Source of the DNA: an uncultured virus (IMG/VR IMGVR_UViG_3300031673_013668)
Taxonomy: Duplodnaviria; Heunggongvirae; Uroviricota; Caudoviricetes
DNA: 64,000 nucleotides
Reading direction: 5' to 3' (one strand)
Virus record (IMG/VR): IMGVR_UViG_3300031673_013668
Translations under genes and position numbers: made by a program
Notes under the pieces: model-generated
What the model was told of the DNA's origin: nothing
What the model saw: the letters and a program-made list of their open reading frames with translations, nothing else
Databases searched by the model: none
Part shown: piece after piece, positions 1-11,194 of the stretch
How the letters are laid out: every line of letters begins with the position of its first letter
Numbering within the stretch: the stretch's first letter is position 1

Positions 1-866
1 CAAAAGCGAGCCTGTGAGAGAATTCAAAACCTATAAGATTCTCAGAAAGCTAGAATATGGAAATGGGGCATCTCATTCTGAAGTGGATGTCCCACCAGAA
101 CATAACGCTATAACAAAGAAAGCTGATGAGAAAGACATTGATTTCGATTTCGATTTTGATGAAAACGAAGAGTATCCTGAATCAGAAAATAATAGTTCTG
201 ACTATATAAAACCATCCTTAGAGGAATTAAGAATACAACATCCTGAAATTCCAGAATATAAGTATATAAATGAACCGTGGAACCTCGAAGCTCTCAGAAA
301 CAAATTCAATATACCTGTCGAAAAAATAACACAACAATTTCATCTCAATATCAACCAAAAAAATATCTAACTAATTATTTTTTTTTAATTTTTAATTTCA
401 AACAAAAGAAAAGGAAAGCATATGAGTAGCACAAATGAAAATAAGTTTTCTAGAAAAGAAAACCGAGACGCAGTTGTGAATAATTCATTTGCACGTATTT
501 TAGGCTTATTAGGTAATGCTGAAGTTCAAAATGTGTTTGAAAATATCAAAGTACTTCAGGATTATTATGAAGAGATCAAATCAAGTTTAGAAAAAACAAT
601 TTCAGATTTAAAGAAAAAAATGAATTCGATAGACTTTCTCCAAGAACGAATATCGAAATTATATCTTAAAGATCAAAAATTTACTCACTTTCTATTACAT
701 TTAATTGAAGGTTAAACATTATGGTATTAAATATAATTCAAGAAATAAGGACAAAGAAACAAGAAATTGAACTGAAAAGAAAGAAAATCTATGAACTCTA
801 TAAAGAGCTTCAAGAATTAGAAAAAGAGCTGAAAGCGCTCTCAAAAAAAATAATAAATTAAGAGGT

Positions 867-1592
867 ATGAAAATTATGAGTGAAGAAAAGATTAATGCAT
901 GTAAATTATGCATGGAGGAATGTAAGGAAGGGAGTGAATATTGTAGTGACTTTTGTTTATCATTGGGAAAATTAAGTAATTTTATAGGCAAACTCACGGA
1001 GCTGGGATTGAAGATTGATGCATATCGGAATTATCAAAACAATTGCAGTTATACTGATAAGTTAAAAGGGAAAATTGAGACGCTTGAGTCGGTGCTTCTC
1101 GAATATTTTGAGAAACATGATTTAAAATATTATGCAAAGCAACTTGGCTCGGAAAAAGAGCCTTGTTTAAATTGTATTCATTATGGTATAATTGAATTAG
1201 ATAGAATTCACAGTTGTAATGAATGTAAAGATAATAATTATAAATACTTTAAACCAAAAGAGCAACCCGCAGACAGCGATAAAAAGGGAGCAAGTTCATT
1301 TACCAAACGATTTGTTGATGAGATGGTTAATGAGATTAAACATGATAACGAGATTGAATCGAGATTGATTGGCGAGTTCATTGATTGTTTCGATAAAGAA
1401 GGCATTGATTTTATAAGATGGGATTTATGTCAAGGATGTGATAGTTTTATATCTACTGATGATGTTGCATGGAAAGAAGACATTCTCTGCTGGTGTAATG
1501 AAAAGGAAGTATTAAAATACCCATGTATAATTCAAAAGATTCTTTCTCTCTATAGAACATATAAGAAGCGAAAGGAGGCGATTGAGAAATAA
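867..1592 (+). CDS. Hypothetical Cys-rich protein
   Basis: 241-aa ORF with several CxxC motifs; GAGGT SD nearby. Confidence 0.6.
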   Translation: MKIMSEEKINACKLCMEECKEGSEYCSDFCLSLGKLSNFIGKLTELGLKIDAYRNYQNNCSYTDKLKGKIETLESVLLEYFEKHDLKYYAKQLGSEKEPCLNCIHYGIIELDRIHSCNECKDNNYKYFKPKEQPADSDKKGASSFTKRFVDEMVNEIKHDNEIESRLIGEFIDCFDKEGIDFIRWDLCQGCDSFISTDDVAWKEDILCWCNEKEVLKYPCIIQKILSLYRTYKKRKEAIEK

Positions 1593-4109
1593 TGCTTAAG
1601 GATTTTGAGGAATTTAAAGAAAAAATACATCCTTATTATGGCAGGGGAAATTTCACGAAAAACATTCAATTATTGAAATTCATTGAAGAAAAAGAAAAGA
1701 GATTAGAGGAGGCAGAAGAATAATGGAATTAACTAATGATTGTGAGGGATGTGTTCATGTAAATGGGTATAATTCCAATTATCTTGGAGATTGTGAAAAT
1801 TGTATGAGAAACCCAAAATACTCTGACTTTTATTTTAATGAAAAAGAGGAGGCTGAAAAGGATGGGTAAAAAGAAAATAAAGGTCGAGAATGAACTCCTT
1901 GAGATTTGGAATGATTTTAAGGCTGATAATGTTATACAACATTATTATAGAAAAGGAAAATCATATGATAGATGTTATTATAATCCATTCATATGGTTTA
2001 GAATTCTACGCTTCTGGACGCTGAAAGCCAAGATGGATGATCTTAAGAAACAACTCAAAATATGGGAAAAATATGAAAGAATTACAAAAGGTTAAAGGAG
2101 GCTGAAGCGAGCAAATGAGCGAGTTAAAGGTATTAATAAAAGAAATGGGAGAGCGATTACACGAACTTGATGTGAAACTAAAAGAACTCTATGAATTCTC
2201 AGATAATATAATAAGAGCAATTTTCTGGAAGGTTAAAAAGGAGGCTGAGGCGAGTAAATGAGAATCAGATGTGATACTTGTGGAAAAAAGATAAAAGAGG
2301 GAACATGCGAAATATGTGAAGGAAAATTATTTCATGAAGCTCACATTGGACTTTTGAAAGGTTATCTAAATTATGAAGATCCGATAAAGGAGATAAAAAG
2401 AATTGTAAAGGGGAGTTGACTAAGAAATGAAATCGCTTAGAGAAATATTATTAGAAATGATTAATAAATTATCAACTGAAAAATTATTAAAAATTCTAGA
2501 TATTTGCTGTAATTCATGTAAATCTCTTTATTTTCATTCTAATCATTTTGGCTATGCTTGTAAAAAAAATCCTTTATATAAAAACGGTAGTTGTTTACAA
2601 AGGGCATGTATAAAAATAGAGTTTAAGGAGCTGATCGAGACATGAACGTAATTTTATTATTTACTGATGGAAATCCCATTGATTTTTTGCAAAAGTTAGT
2701 TATTTATAAAAAAACAAAAGAAATGATTTGCAGAGATATTGGTGAAACAAAAAGGCTAAAAGGGCAATCCTTTAGTGGAGACTTCCCTTTTATAGATGCT
2801 ATTAATGTAAAAGCAATATTTTATGCGTATTATGATTTAAGCGATCATAGTAATTGGAAAGGTGTTGATGTTGATTTTGAAATCCTTACTGATATTGCGT
2901 ATAATAAACTAAAAAATTTCTTTAAAAGGAGCTGAACGAGACATGAGTCATTTTAAAGAATTAGATAAACAATTAAAAGAGAATGTTGAGAGATTAATAA
3001 ATAGAACTCTTTTAAAGGATGGAAATCAAGAAAACGCAGAAATTGTATATAAAGCACTTAATTCATTAGAAAGATTATTAATAAAGGAGGCTGAGAAGGA
3101 TGACTGATTGTTATCATGAGTGGCAATGGACTAAGTTCTATTATTGTATGTGCTGTGATTTTAATAAGACACATGGCAATTTATTAAGTCAATGCATAAA
3201 ATGTGGCAAACTATGGGAGTCTGAAAATGGGTTTTTTATAAAAGAGGAAATTGAGAATTTTAAGTTTAATGGTATTGAAATCCCTCATATAATAGAGATC
3301 TCGCCATTGGAGGCTGATGATAAGAAATGAGCCAAGAATTAGGAGGAGCAATTATAAACGATAAAATAATCGGGATAATTTGTCCTCATTGTAAAGAGAG
3401 AATTGAATTAAATATTCTAAAATCGTTAAGGGATTATTTATTTCGATTTAAAGAGTCTAATGAGAAAATTAGAGAACTTGCACGGGATCTCGATATTGAT
3501 TATATTATAAATAGAATTCTAAAAGGAGGCTGATGCGAAGACATGAGTAAGACTCAAGAAGCAGATCAAAAAGCAGAATTAATTTTAGATCAATTAGACG
3601 CATTTCTAAGAAAACATGGTTGGAAATTATATGGAAAATCCATTTACCTCACCAAAAGTGGAATTAAATTAAACGTACAAATAAAGGAGCTGATCGAGAC
3701 ATGAAGATATTTCTAAAAACAATAGATAAATTAATTCAATATACAGATGTGGCAATTGAAGTTTTTAAACAGTTTAATATCTTTAAAAAAGCTTTTATAA
3801 AAATACTTTGTTGGATCTTTGGAATTGATTTTGAAACCCATTGCTATAAAAAAACGGGTTGTTTAGCAAACCAAAAGGAGGTTAAGAAGGATGGCTAAGA
3901 CTGAGAATGAACGTGGAGTATATCATCATTATTTCTGTATGATATGCCATAACCGATCATTATCTTTTCCCACTACAAATAGATCATTATTAATGAAAAT
4001 TGATAATCCGAAAAATAAAAAGAAGTTTGCATGTCCTATTTGTTATGATAAACTTCCCGATTCAGAAAAGAATAACTATATTACTTATAGAGGAGGAATA
4101 GATGTATAA
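1592..4109 (+). other. Array of ~13 short (40-100 aa) translationally coupled ORFs, many with CxxC motifs
   Basis: Each ORF start is preceded by a recurring AAGGAGGCTGA / GGAGCTGATCGAGACATG junction. Confidence 0.7.
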
Positions 4110-4932
4110 AAAAGAAGGGGGCTTCTGGGAATGGGTTGGCTGGTTTAGTAATTGGTGTAATGGATGCATTCATAATTGTAAATATTGTTATTCTATGATT
4201 CGGTTAATATGCCGATTAAAAAAACTCTCACATTATACTGATTATGCTCGTTTTGAGCTAAAAAAGCCAACAATTACATTAAGAAATGGGCACTCTATAA
4301 CGAAAATAAAAAAATTAGAAGGGTGGGGGATGCTTCCAGGAACACATGATATTTTTCCTGAAATTCTAGATGAAACAATATCATATTTCAGAACGCATTT
4401 AGAGATAGGAAATAAGTTACTTATTGTATCTAAACCTCATTTAGAATGTATTCAGGCGCTCATTAAAGAATTTAAAGAATATAAAGACCAAATTCATTTT
4501 AGATTTACAATCACAACTCATAATGATTCTTTAATTAATATATGGGAAGAAAACGCACCTTTATATCACGAAAGATTAGACTGTTTAATGTATGCCTTTC
4601 ATAAAGGCTTTCATACCTCGGTTTCAATTGGTCCTTTCTTAGATAAGGATCCACTCCCATTAATAACAACACTCGAAAAATTCACAACAGAGATTTGGCT
4701 TGAGCCAATAAATCATTTACATCATATTAAGAAAATCGTGTCTATTCCTTATTTTGAATATGCATGTGAGATTACATCTCAAGAAAATCTTATTCAAATC
4801 GTAAAAGATTTGAAATCTACATTAACTCCTGAAATAAGATCAAAAATCCACTTAAAAAAACCATTTGATCCTATTTTAGAATTATTAAAAAATCAAACGC
4901 TTACAAAATGGATTGAACTAAAAAATGAGTAG
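4102..4932 (+). CDS. Radical SAM protein (spore-photoproduct-lyase-like/phage type)
   Basis: GCIHNCKYCY (CxxxCxxC); FTITT and EENAP..ERL motifs. Confidence 0.8.
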   Translation: MYKKEGGFWEWVGWFSNWCNGCIHNCKYCYSMIRLICRLKKLSHYTDYARFELKKPTITLRNGHSITKIKKLEGWGMLPGTHDIFPEILDETISYFRTHLEIGNKLLIVSKPHLECIQALIKEFKEYKDQIHFRFTITTHNDSLINIWEENAPLYHERLDCLMYAFHKGFHTSVSIGPFLDKDPLPLITTLEKFTTEIWLEPINHLHHIKKIVSIPYFEYACEITSQENLIQIVKDLKSTLTPEIRSKIHLKKPFDPILELLKNQTLTKWIELKNE

Positions 4933-5102
4933 AGTGATTTTAGTATATTGTTAAAAGTAGCATTCAATTTAGGTGAAACTATGGACGGACAGGCGCTAAA
5001 GGGCATATTCACCCTATCACAGATCAGTTGGGGGAGTGTTTTGTGGACACTCTCCCGAATGATCGCTTCAAAAAAAGAAGAGGAAAGAGGTAAAATCTAA
5101 AA

Positions 5103-5924
5103 ATGCGACCAGAGAACCAATTATTTCATGATAATAATCTTACTTTACTGCATCATTTAGATAATAATTTCATAGACTTAATCTATATTGATCCTCCATT
5201 CAATTCTGGAAATGATTATAAAGAATTTAATGATAAATGGGATGATCTCTTTTCATATTTACTTTATTTATATCCTAGATTCAAAGAAATTCATAGAACC
5301 TTAAGAGATACAGGCACATTCTATCTTCATTGTGATCATTCCGCAGACTCCTATTTAAAGATTCTATGTGATTTTATATTTGGGATAAAACATTTTATGG
5401 CGGCTATACCTTGGTTTTTAGGAAATCCTTCTGGTTTTAAAACACAGAAAAAAGGATGGGTTAGGCAACATGATATTATTCTCGTTTATACAAAATCTAA
5501 AGAATATACATTTAATAAACAATATCTCCCCTATAATAATGAATATCTCAAGAAAATGTTTCGTTATACGGATCCTAATGGACGGCAATACCGAAAAAGA
5601 AGGGATGATAGACAATATCTTGATGAAAGTCCTGGTATGGTGATAGGTGATTTATGGTATGATATTTTGAGTTTTCAAACGAGAACGAACGCAAAAGAAT
5701 ATACAGGTTATTCTACTCAAAAACCTGAGAAATTACTTGAAAGGATAATTCTGTCATCATCTAACGAAGGTGACTTAGTTGCAGACTTTTTCTGTGGTTC
5801 AGGAACATCTTTAGTGGTTGCGAAAAAACTTAAAAGAAAATGGTTAGGATGTGATAAAAATCAAGATGCAATTGAAATCACACAAAAGAGGATAGAGGCT
5901 ATTGACCACTTCAAAATAAATTAA
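5103..5924 (+). CDS. N6-adenine/N4-cytosine DNA methyltransferase, beta class
   Basis: DLIYIDPPF (motif IV) before TQKPEKLL and DFFCGSGT (motif I). Confidence 0.95.
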   Translation: MRPENQLFHDNNLTLLHHLDNNFIDLIYIDPPFNSGNDYKEFNDKWDDLFSYLLYLYPRFKEIHRTLRDTGTFYLHCDHSADSYLKILCDFIFGIKHFMAAIPWFLGNPSGFKTQKKGWVRQHDIILVYTKSKEYTFNKQYLPYNNEYLKKMFRYTDPNGRQYRKRRDDRQYLDESPGMVIGDLWYDILSFQTRTNAKEYTGYSTQKPEKLLERIILSSSNEGDLVADFFCGSGTSLVVAKKLKRKWLGCDKNQDAIEITQKRIEAIDHFKIN

Positions 5925-5938
5925 GGAGGGTAATAATA

Positions 5939-6223
5939 ATGTTTTGTTTAATTTGCAACATATATTTCAAGGTAAAATATTTAACAGAGCTTTTCATGCT
6001 CTGGAATGATGGATGTTATACTTCATATCCTGTCTGTAATGAATGTCATCCCTTATTAGTCCATATTACACTTTTCAAAAAGCTTCATATTACATTAGCA
6101 TGGGATAACAATAACGTATTCAACAAAAATACCTGTAGATCCACACTTAGAAAAGAATTAGGACTAATTGAAAAAGGAGGATCACAGCGTAATTTAACAA
6201 AATTCATGGAGGTAAAGCACTAA
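5939..6223 (+). CDS. Small zinc-finger protein with C-terminal PIP-box-like motif
   Basis: CLIC...CNEC; C-terminal QRNLTKFM. Confidence 0.55.
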   Translation: MFCLICNIYFKVKYLTELFMLWNDGCYTSYPVCNECHPLLVHITLFKKLHITLAWDNNNVFNKNTCRSTLRKELGLIEKGGSQRNLTKFMEVKH

Positions 6224-6403
6224 AAATGTCCGAATTAGAATTTAATGATAAGTTAGAATTTGAAATTGATATTTACAATTCGAGGCAAAGATTATTCGAA
6301 TGGTACGAAGAGGAACTTGAGCTCAATCCTAATTTTGAAGGGATTATTGCCCTTAATTACAGAAAAGTGGGGTTAAGTATAGGTAAAACAAACATAATGA
6401 GTA

Positions 6404-6973
6404 TTGAGGAATAATCAAATGCTTTCTATTACAATCAATCATGAAAATCTAAAAGAATTGTGCTGTTTTCATAAGAGAATACATGATCTTGGGATAAATG
6501 GAATAACCCAAGAATCATTTATAACGCAATTAGAGCAATTTTTAGAAACGTCATATATTAGTTTTGGGTATAAACAAGAGAAAGAAAAAATAAGCATCGC
6601 AGAAAAAATAGTTGTTGCTGATGTCCGGCAAAATCCTTATATTAAGAGGGGTTTTAGACCCAATGACTTAACAGAGATCCTAGAAGCAAATGAGATGGGA
6701 TATATTCGATATAACCATCTTGGCAATCCTAAATATCAGCAAGATATAAAAGAAAAGAACTTCAAACCCGCAAAGCGAAGGTATCAAGCATATATTCTCA
6801 CAAACGAGAACGCAAAAAGCGATTTTGAGGCATTATACCACCAATTACATCTTAATCAAATGATCTGTCTCATTTGTTATTGCCAAACTGAAGAATGCCA
6901 TCGTAAATGGCTCATTGAAGTATTAAAAATAAAAAAAAGAGTAGAACTCAAAAAAAAGAGGTTAAATCAATAA
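6404..6973 (+). CDS. DUF488-like protein
   Basis: DVRQNP..RGF, LGNP and LICYC...CHR motifs. Confidence 0.65.
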   Translation: MRNNQMLSITINHENLKELCCFHKRIHDLGINGITQESFITQLEQFLETSYISFGYKQEKEKISIAEKIVVADVRQNPYIKRGFRPNDLTEILEANEMGYIRYNHLGNPKYQQDIKEKNFKPAKRRYQAYILTNENAKSDFEALYHQLHLNQMICLICYCQTEECHRKWLIEVLKIKKRVELKKKRLNQ

Positions 6974-7389
6974 TGTCAATAATCATTTCAATTAAACAAA
7001 AATATGCAGACAAAATTCTCTCAGGAGAAAAAAAAATAGAAATAAGAAAAAGAATCTGGACTAAAATTAAAAAAATAAAAAAAGCATATATCTATGTACC
7101 GAGGCCCGTAAGTCTTATAACAGGGTTCTTTTTGATTGACGATATCTTCAAATCAGAGATAAAAACTTTATGGATTCTCTGTAAAGATCTTGCCGGGATG
7201 ACCAAAGAGGAATATGACATATATTTCAATAATCATTTCCATGGATATGGGATCTATACAAAAGACCCTAAACGGTTCAAAAAACCAATCGATCCTTACA
7301 AAATAGATTCTCATTTTAGAGCCCCTCAGAATTTTATGTACGTAAAAAAGGAATTAGAAAAGAAATTAGAAAGAGGAGAGGTAATATAG
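6973..7389 (+). CDS. ASCH (PUA-like) domain protein
   Basis: ISIKQKYADKILSGEKKIEIRK; APQNFMY C-terminus. Confidence 0.85.
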   Translation: MSIIISIKQKYADKILSGEKKIEIRKRIWTKIKKIKKAYIYVPRPVSLITGFFLIDDIFKSEIKTLWILCKDLAGMTKEEYDIYFNNHFHGYGIYTKDPKRFKKPIDPYKIDSHFRAPQNFMYVKKELEKKLERGEVI

Positions 7390-7412
7390 AAAATGTTTAA
7401 AAAAAGAAAATT

Positions 7413-7669
7413 AAGAGAAAAAAAGAAAGATTATCAATTCCCCCTCCCTGAAGGGAGAGGCTTGGAAAAGCCTAAATTGATTAGGAGGCATTAAAAGAAT
7501 GCAGAAGTTAGAGAAGCGAGATACATACACACCCATAGGTGCTCCACAAGCCGATGGCAACTGTGACTATATGGTTAAACATGACTGTGAGGGAGGTCAA
7601 GTGCTATATAGTTTAAAAACCTTTTCTAACAGCTCCGATGTGGACACACTCCGTGAGGAGAAACAGGAC
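7413..7669 (+). ncRNA. IscB omegaRNA (guide from the left flank plus scaffold)
   Basis: GC-richer hairpin-rich region directly upstream of the PLMP domain, starting with the typical omegaRNA 5' hairpin; boundaries approximate. Confidence 0.75.
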
Positions 7670-8915
7670 TTGAGAGTTCCTGTTTATGTATTAAATATGA
7701 GAGGCAACCCTCTTATGCCAACATCAGCTAGAAACGCAAGAATATTATTGAAAAAGAAAAAAGCACACGTTATAAAACATATGCCTTTTACAATTCAATT
7801 AAATTATGCGACTGGAGAGAATCTACAACCTATAATATTAGGGATAGACTCAGGATATACTTTTATTGGTTTTTCTGCGACAACGGATACAAGAGAGGTG
7901 CTCTCTGGGGTGGTTGAGCTTAGAAAAGATGTTTCAAAAAAGCTCTCTGAGAGAAAGATGTACCGCAGAAATAGAAGGAATAAATTATGGTATCGAGAAC
8001 CACGCTTTCTTAATAGAAAGAGAGAGAAAGGGTGGTTAGCTCCGAGTATTCAGCATAAAGTTGGAACCCATTTAAGGTTAGTTGAGAAGATTAAGGGCTT
8101 ATTGCCACTCAGTACTGTAGTTATGGAAGTAGCGAATTTTGATACACAGAAAATGCAAAATCCGGAGATTAAGGGGATTGAATACCAACAAGGAGAATTA
8201 AGTGGGTATGAAGTAAGAGAATATTTATTAGAGAAATGGGGTCGAAAATGTGTGTATTGCGGCAAGGGAAATATTCCTCTAGAAATAGAGCATATTATTC
8301 CTAAGACACGTGGGGGCTCAAATAGGGTTTCAAACCTTACTCTCTCCTGTAGAGAATGCAATCTAAGAAAGGGGAATAAGACCGCAACAGAATTTGGGTA
8401 TCCAATGTTACAAAATCAGGCTAAAAAATCATTAAAAGAAATAGCTTTTATGACTCTAGTAAAAAAAAGAATTGTGGATCTTTTACATTGCGATACAATA
8501 TATGGTTTTGAAACAAAGCATAAGAGAATTCAGGTAGGCTTAAAGAAATCACATTTAAATGATGCGTTTATTATCGCTAATGGAGGTATTCAAGAGCGAT
8601 GTAAAGCGTATAATGTAAAGCAAATTAGAAGAAACAATCGAGCGATTCAATTAAATAGAAAAGGGTTCAAGCCCTCCATAAGACGGAAAAGATATGGTTT
8701 ACACCCTTTTGATTTAGTAAAATGTAAAGATCATCTCTATAGAGTAAAAGGGATGTTTAATTATGGTACATGGGTTCGATTAATTGATCCAAAAGAAAAT
8801 GTACTAAACGTAAATGTAAGAGATGTGGAGTTAGTTCAATATGGGGAAGGATTACAGTTTATATAAAGGCAGATTCATCTCCCTCTAAAGGATGGAGTAT
8901 TCTCTGCCAATCTTG
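7433..8915 (+). mobile_element. Non-autonomous IS200/IS605-family (IscB) element
   Basis: Left-end hairpin ATCAATTCCCCCTCCCTGAAGGGAGAGGCTTG; right-end hairpin TTCATCTCCCTCTAAAGGATGGAGT; removing the element restores a short ORF coupled to 8935; no tnpA in window. Confidence 0.8.
7670..8866 (+). CDS. iscB: IscB RNA-guided endonuclease
   Basis: VYVLN..GNPLMP (PLMP), RuvC-I GIDSG, RRNRR bridge helix, RuvC-II MEVA, HNH EHIIP..GGSN..SNL..CRECN, RuvC-III SHLNDA; likely TTG start at 7670. Confidence 0.93.
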   Translation: MRVPVYVLNMRGNPLMPTSARNARILLKKKKAHVIKHMPFTIQLNYATGENLQPIILGIDSGYTFIGFSATTDTREVLSGVVELRKDVSKKLSERKMYRRNRRNKLWYREPRFLNRKREKGWLAPSIQHKVGTHLRLVEKIKGLLPLSTVVMEVANFDTQKMQNPEIKGIEYQQGELSGYEVREYLLEKWGRKCVYCGKGNIPLEIEHIIPKTRGGSNRVSNLTLSCRECNLRKGNKTATEFGYPMLQNQAKKSLKEIAFMTLVKKRIVDLLHCDTIYGFETKHKRIQVGLKKSHLNDAFIIANGGIQERCKAYNVKQIRRNNRAIQLNRKGFKPSIRRKRYGLHPFDLVKCKDHLYRVKGMFNYGTWVRLIDPKENVLNVNVRDVELVQYGEGLQFI

Positions 8916-9128
8916 ATAAAAATGGAGAGAAAAAATGAGTAGAACCGAAAGATGCCCAGAGTGCAAAAAAGCAGTGAAAGGGTTATATGAAAATAATATA
9001 CGGAGAAATCCAACAACACCCTGGACGTTGAGAGCCTTTTATTGTCCTATATGTGATTTGGTCTTATCAAAAGACCAAGTTGTATTAGAACAAAAAATAT
9101 ATATTAAAAAAGAAATCGAGGTATAAAA

Positions 9129-9593
9129 ATGGAGCTGAATAAAGAAAAATATCTTACAGAGGGAGAATGTATAAGCTCAGCAGGGGTTAAATTGAATTCA
9201 TATTATGATTTTCTAAAAGCCCTTACAGATAAATATTTTCTAGGCTATGCCGAGCGTAAGATAAAAGAATTTGTTCGATGTAATCTAGTAGGGATTGAAA
9301 CCTTCGGGACATTACTCCTTATGTATATAGTGGGGAGATGTCCTACCTTTTATATCAATCCTATTTATTTATACAAGAAAAGAACGCATGGCGCAAAAAA
9401 ACAGCTCTATTATTCAGAATATCGAGTTGAATTGCCTACATATTTATTAGATGATGTTATCACAACAGGCTCTACAATCAAATATGCTCTAGATGTATTG
9501 AAAAGAGAAAATATAATCCCAACTAAGATTTTATGTTTTAAAAACAGAAGCCCTTATCCCTCAGTTGAGGGCCTCGAAATTATAGAATTATAA
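9129..9593 (+). CDS. Type I phosphoribosyltransferase (OPRT-like)
   Basis: PRPP-binding motif LLDDVITTGST; SSAGVKLNSYYD N-terminus. Confidence 0.8.
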   Translation: MELNKEKYLTEGECISSAGVKLNSYYDFLKALTDKYFLGYAERKIKEFVRCNLVGIETFGTLLLMYIVGRCPTFYINPIYLYKKRTHGAKKQLYYSEYRVELPTYLLDDVITTGSTIKYALDVLKRENIIPTKILCFKNRSPYPSVEGLEIIEL

Positions 9594-10298
9594 ATGAGAA
9601 AACAAAATAGGAAAGGTAGAGAAATCATGAACCGTGAAGTATTTTCTCGAACAGACGAAACCATTGATGAATGGGAAACGCCACTTTATTTATTCAACTT
9701 ATTAAATAATTATATGATTGATCATGGTTATGATACATTTACTTTAGATGCTGCTGCTTCACATGAAAATCATTTATGTGAAAAATATTATACAAAAGAA
9801 ATAGATGGCTTAAAACAAGATTGGAAGGGAGAGACTGTTTTTGTTAATCCTCCTTATTCAAATATTAATGAATGGGTTAAGAAATGTTATAAAGAAGGGC
9901 AGAAACATAATACATTCGTAGCACTTTTAATCCCCTCTAGAACAGATACAAAATATTGGCATGAATATTGTATGAAAGCAGAAAGAATATTATTTTGTAA
10001 AGGTAGAGTTAATTTCTTAATTAAATGTGTTAAGTGTAATATATCAGTGTCTAAAACTATAAAGTGTAAGATATCAATGTCTAAGACTATAAATTATGAA
10101 GGTAAACGATTATGCAAAAAATGTTATAATGAAATAACCAAGGATACCAAGAAAATTGGAAATGGCTCTACTTTTCCTTCAGTTATTATTATTTTCAAAA
10201 AAAACTATGCTCAAAAACATCCTAGTATGAGATCCTTTTACCATAAAGAAAAGGATCTTATTAAATATCATACCTTAACAGAATTCTTGGGGGGATAA
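9594..10298 (+). CDS. Phage-type Dam N6-adenine methyltransferase with zinc-finger insertion
   Basis: DEWETP, LDAAAS..NH.C..YYT..DGL, VFVNPPY, LIPSRTDT, GRVNF; start may be ATG 9627. Confidence 0.9.
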   Translation: MRKQNRKGREIMNREVFSRTDETIDEWETPLYLFNLLNNYMIDHGYDTFTLDAAASHENHLCEKYYTKEIDGLKQDWKGETVFVNPPYSNINEWVKKCYKEGQKHNTFVALLIPSRTDTKYWHEYCMKAERILFCKGRVNFLIKCVKCNISVSKTIKCKISMSKTINYEGKRLCKKCYNEITKDTKKIGNGSTFPSVIIIFKKNYAQKHPSMRSFYHKEKDLIKYHTLTEFLGG

Positions 10299-10300
10299 TC

Positions 10301-11194
10301 TTGGGAGACAAAATAGGGTTATTTTCAGTGGACTCAATTATACCAAACTTAGCCCTTATGAAAATAAGCGCATATTATAAAGAATGGAAATATAAAACAG
10401 AAAAATATTCTCCTCTATTTCATTCAGAATATTGGTTAGTATTTGCCTCCAAGATTTTCAAATATCCACATCCTAATGATGCTTATATAAGAGAGAATAT
10501 GATCAAAGGAGGTTCAGGCTTTAATCTTTATATGAAATTAGACGAGGATATAGACCATATCTATCCTGATTATAAATTATATAACTGCGAATTTTCAATA
10601 GGTAATATTACTAGAGGATGTTTTAGATCATGTGCTTGGTGCATTATTCCTCAGAGTGAGGGAAATATTCATAAATTTGCAGAATTGGAGGAATTTACTC
10701 AACACCAAGATAGAGTTAAGCTTTTAGATAGTAATATTCTTGCTTATGAAAATCATATCGAAGAACTAGAAAAGCTTAGGGATTCTAAAAAGAGAATAGA
10801 CTTCACGCAAGGGTTAGATATTCGCTTAATTACGAAAGAGAATGCAAACGTAATACGAGAAATAAAAAATTGGAAGGGATTAAGATATCGTTTTGCGTTT
10901 GATGATCCAAATCTGAAAAATATAATCGAAACTAAATTACATATTTTATATTCAATCGGATTCACTTCAGGGATATTACAATTCTATATATTAATTGGAT
11001 TTAACACTTCATTACAACAAGATTTAATGAGAGTTCATTTTTTACAAGAAAAAGGGATTGATATTTTTGCAATGCCTTATAATAAGTTGGATCCACATCA
11101 GAGAAAATTTGCGAGATGGGTTAATAGACATTATTATAAATATTGTTCATGGAAAGAATTCAATTCAAATAAAGTTATAACAGTTAAGATATAA
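10301..11194 (+). CDS. Radical SAM protein (phage-associated family)
   Basis: PNLALMKIS, GGSG, TRGCFRSCAWC, QGLDIRL. Confidence 0.85.
   Translation: MGDKIGLFSVDSIIPNLALMKISAYYKEWKYKTEKYSPLFHSEYWLVFASKIFKYPHPNDAYIRENMIKGGSGFNLYMKLDEDIDHIYPDYKLYNCEFSIGNITRGCFRSCAWCIIPQSEGNIHKFAELEEFTQHQDRVKLLDSNILAYENHIEELEKLRDSKKRIDFTQGLDIRLITKENANVIREIKNWKGLRYRFAFDDPNLKNIIETKLHILYSIGFTSGILQFYILIGFNTSLQQDLMRVHFLQEKGIDIFAMPYNKLDPHQRKFARWVNRHYYKYCSWKEFNSNKVITVKI

Noticed and set aside
719..997. Hydrophobic minus-strand ORF (also 19887, 24318, 34360, 40705, 52648, 58981, 61625 and similar)
   Set aside because: Antisense shadows of well-supported plus-strand genes, with no SD
7499..7669. N-terminal 57 aa of the 455-aa ORF
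   Set aside because: Lies in the omegaRNA scaffold; IscB homology starts at the PLMP domain (TTG 7670)
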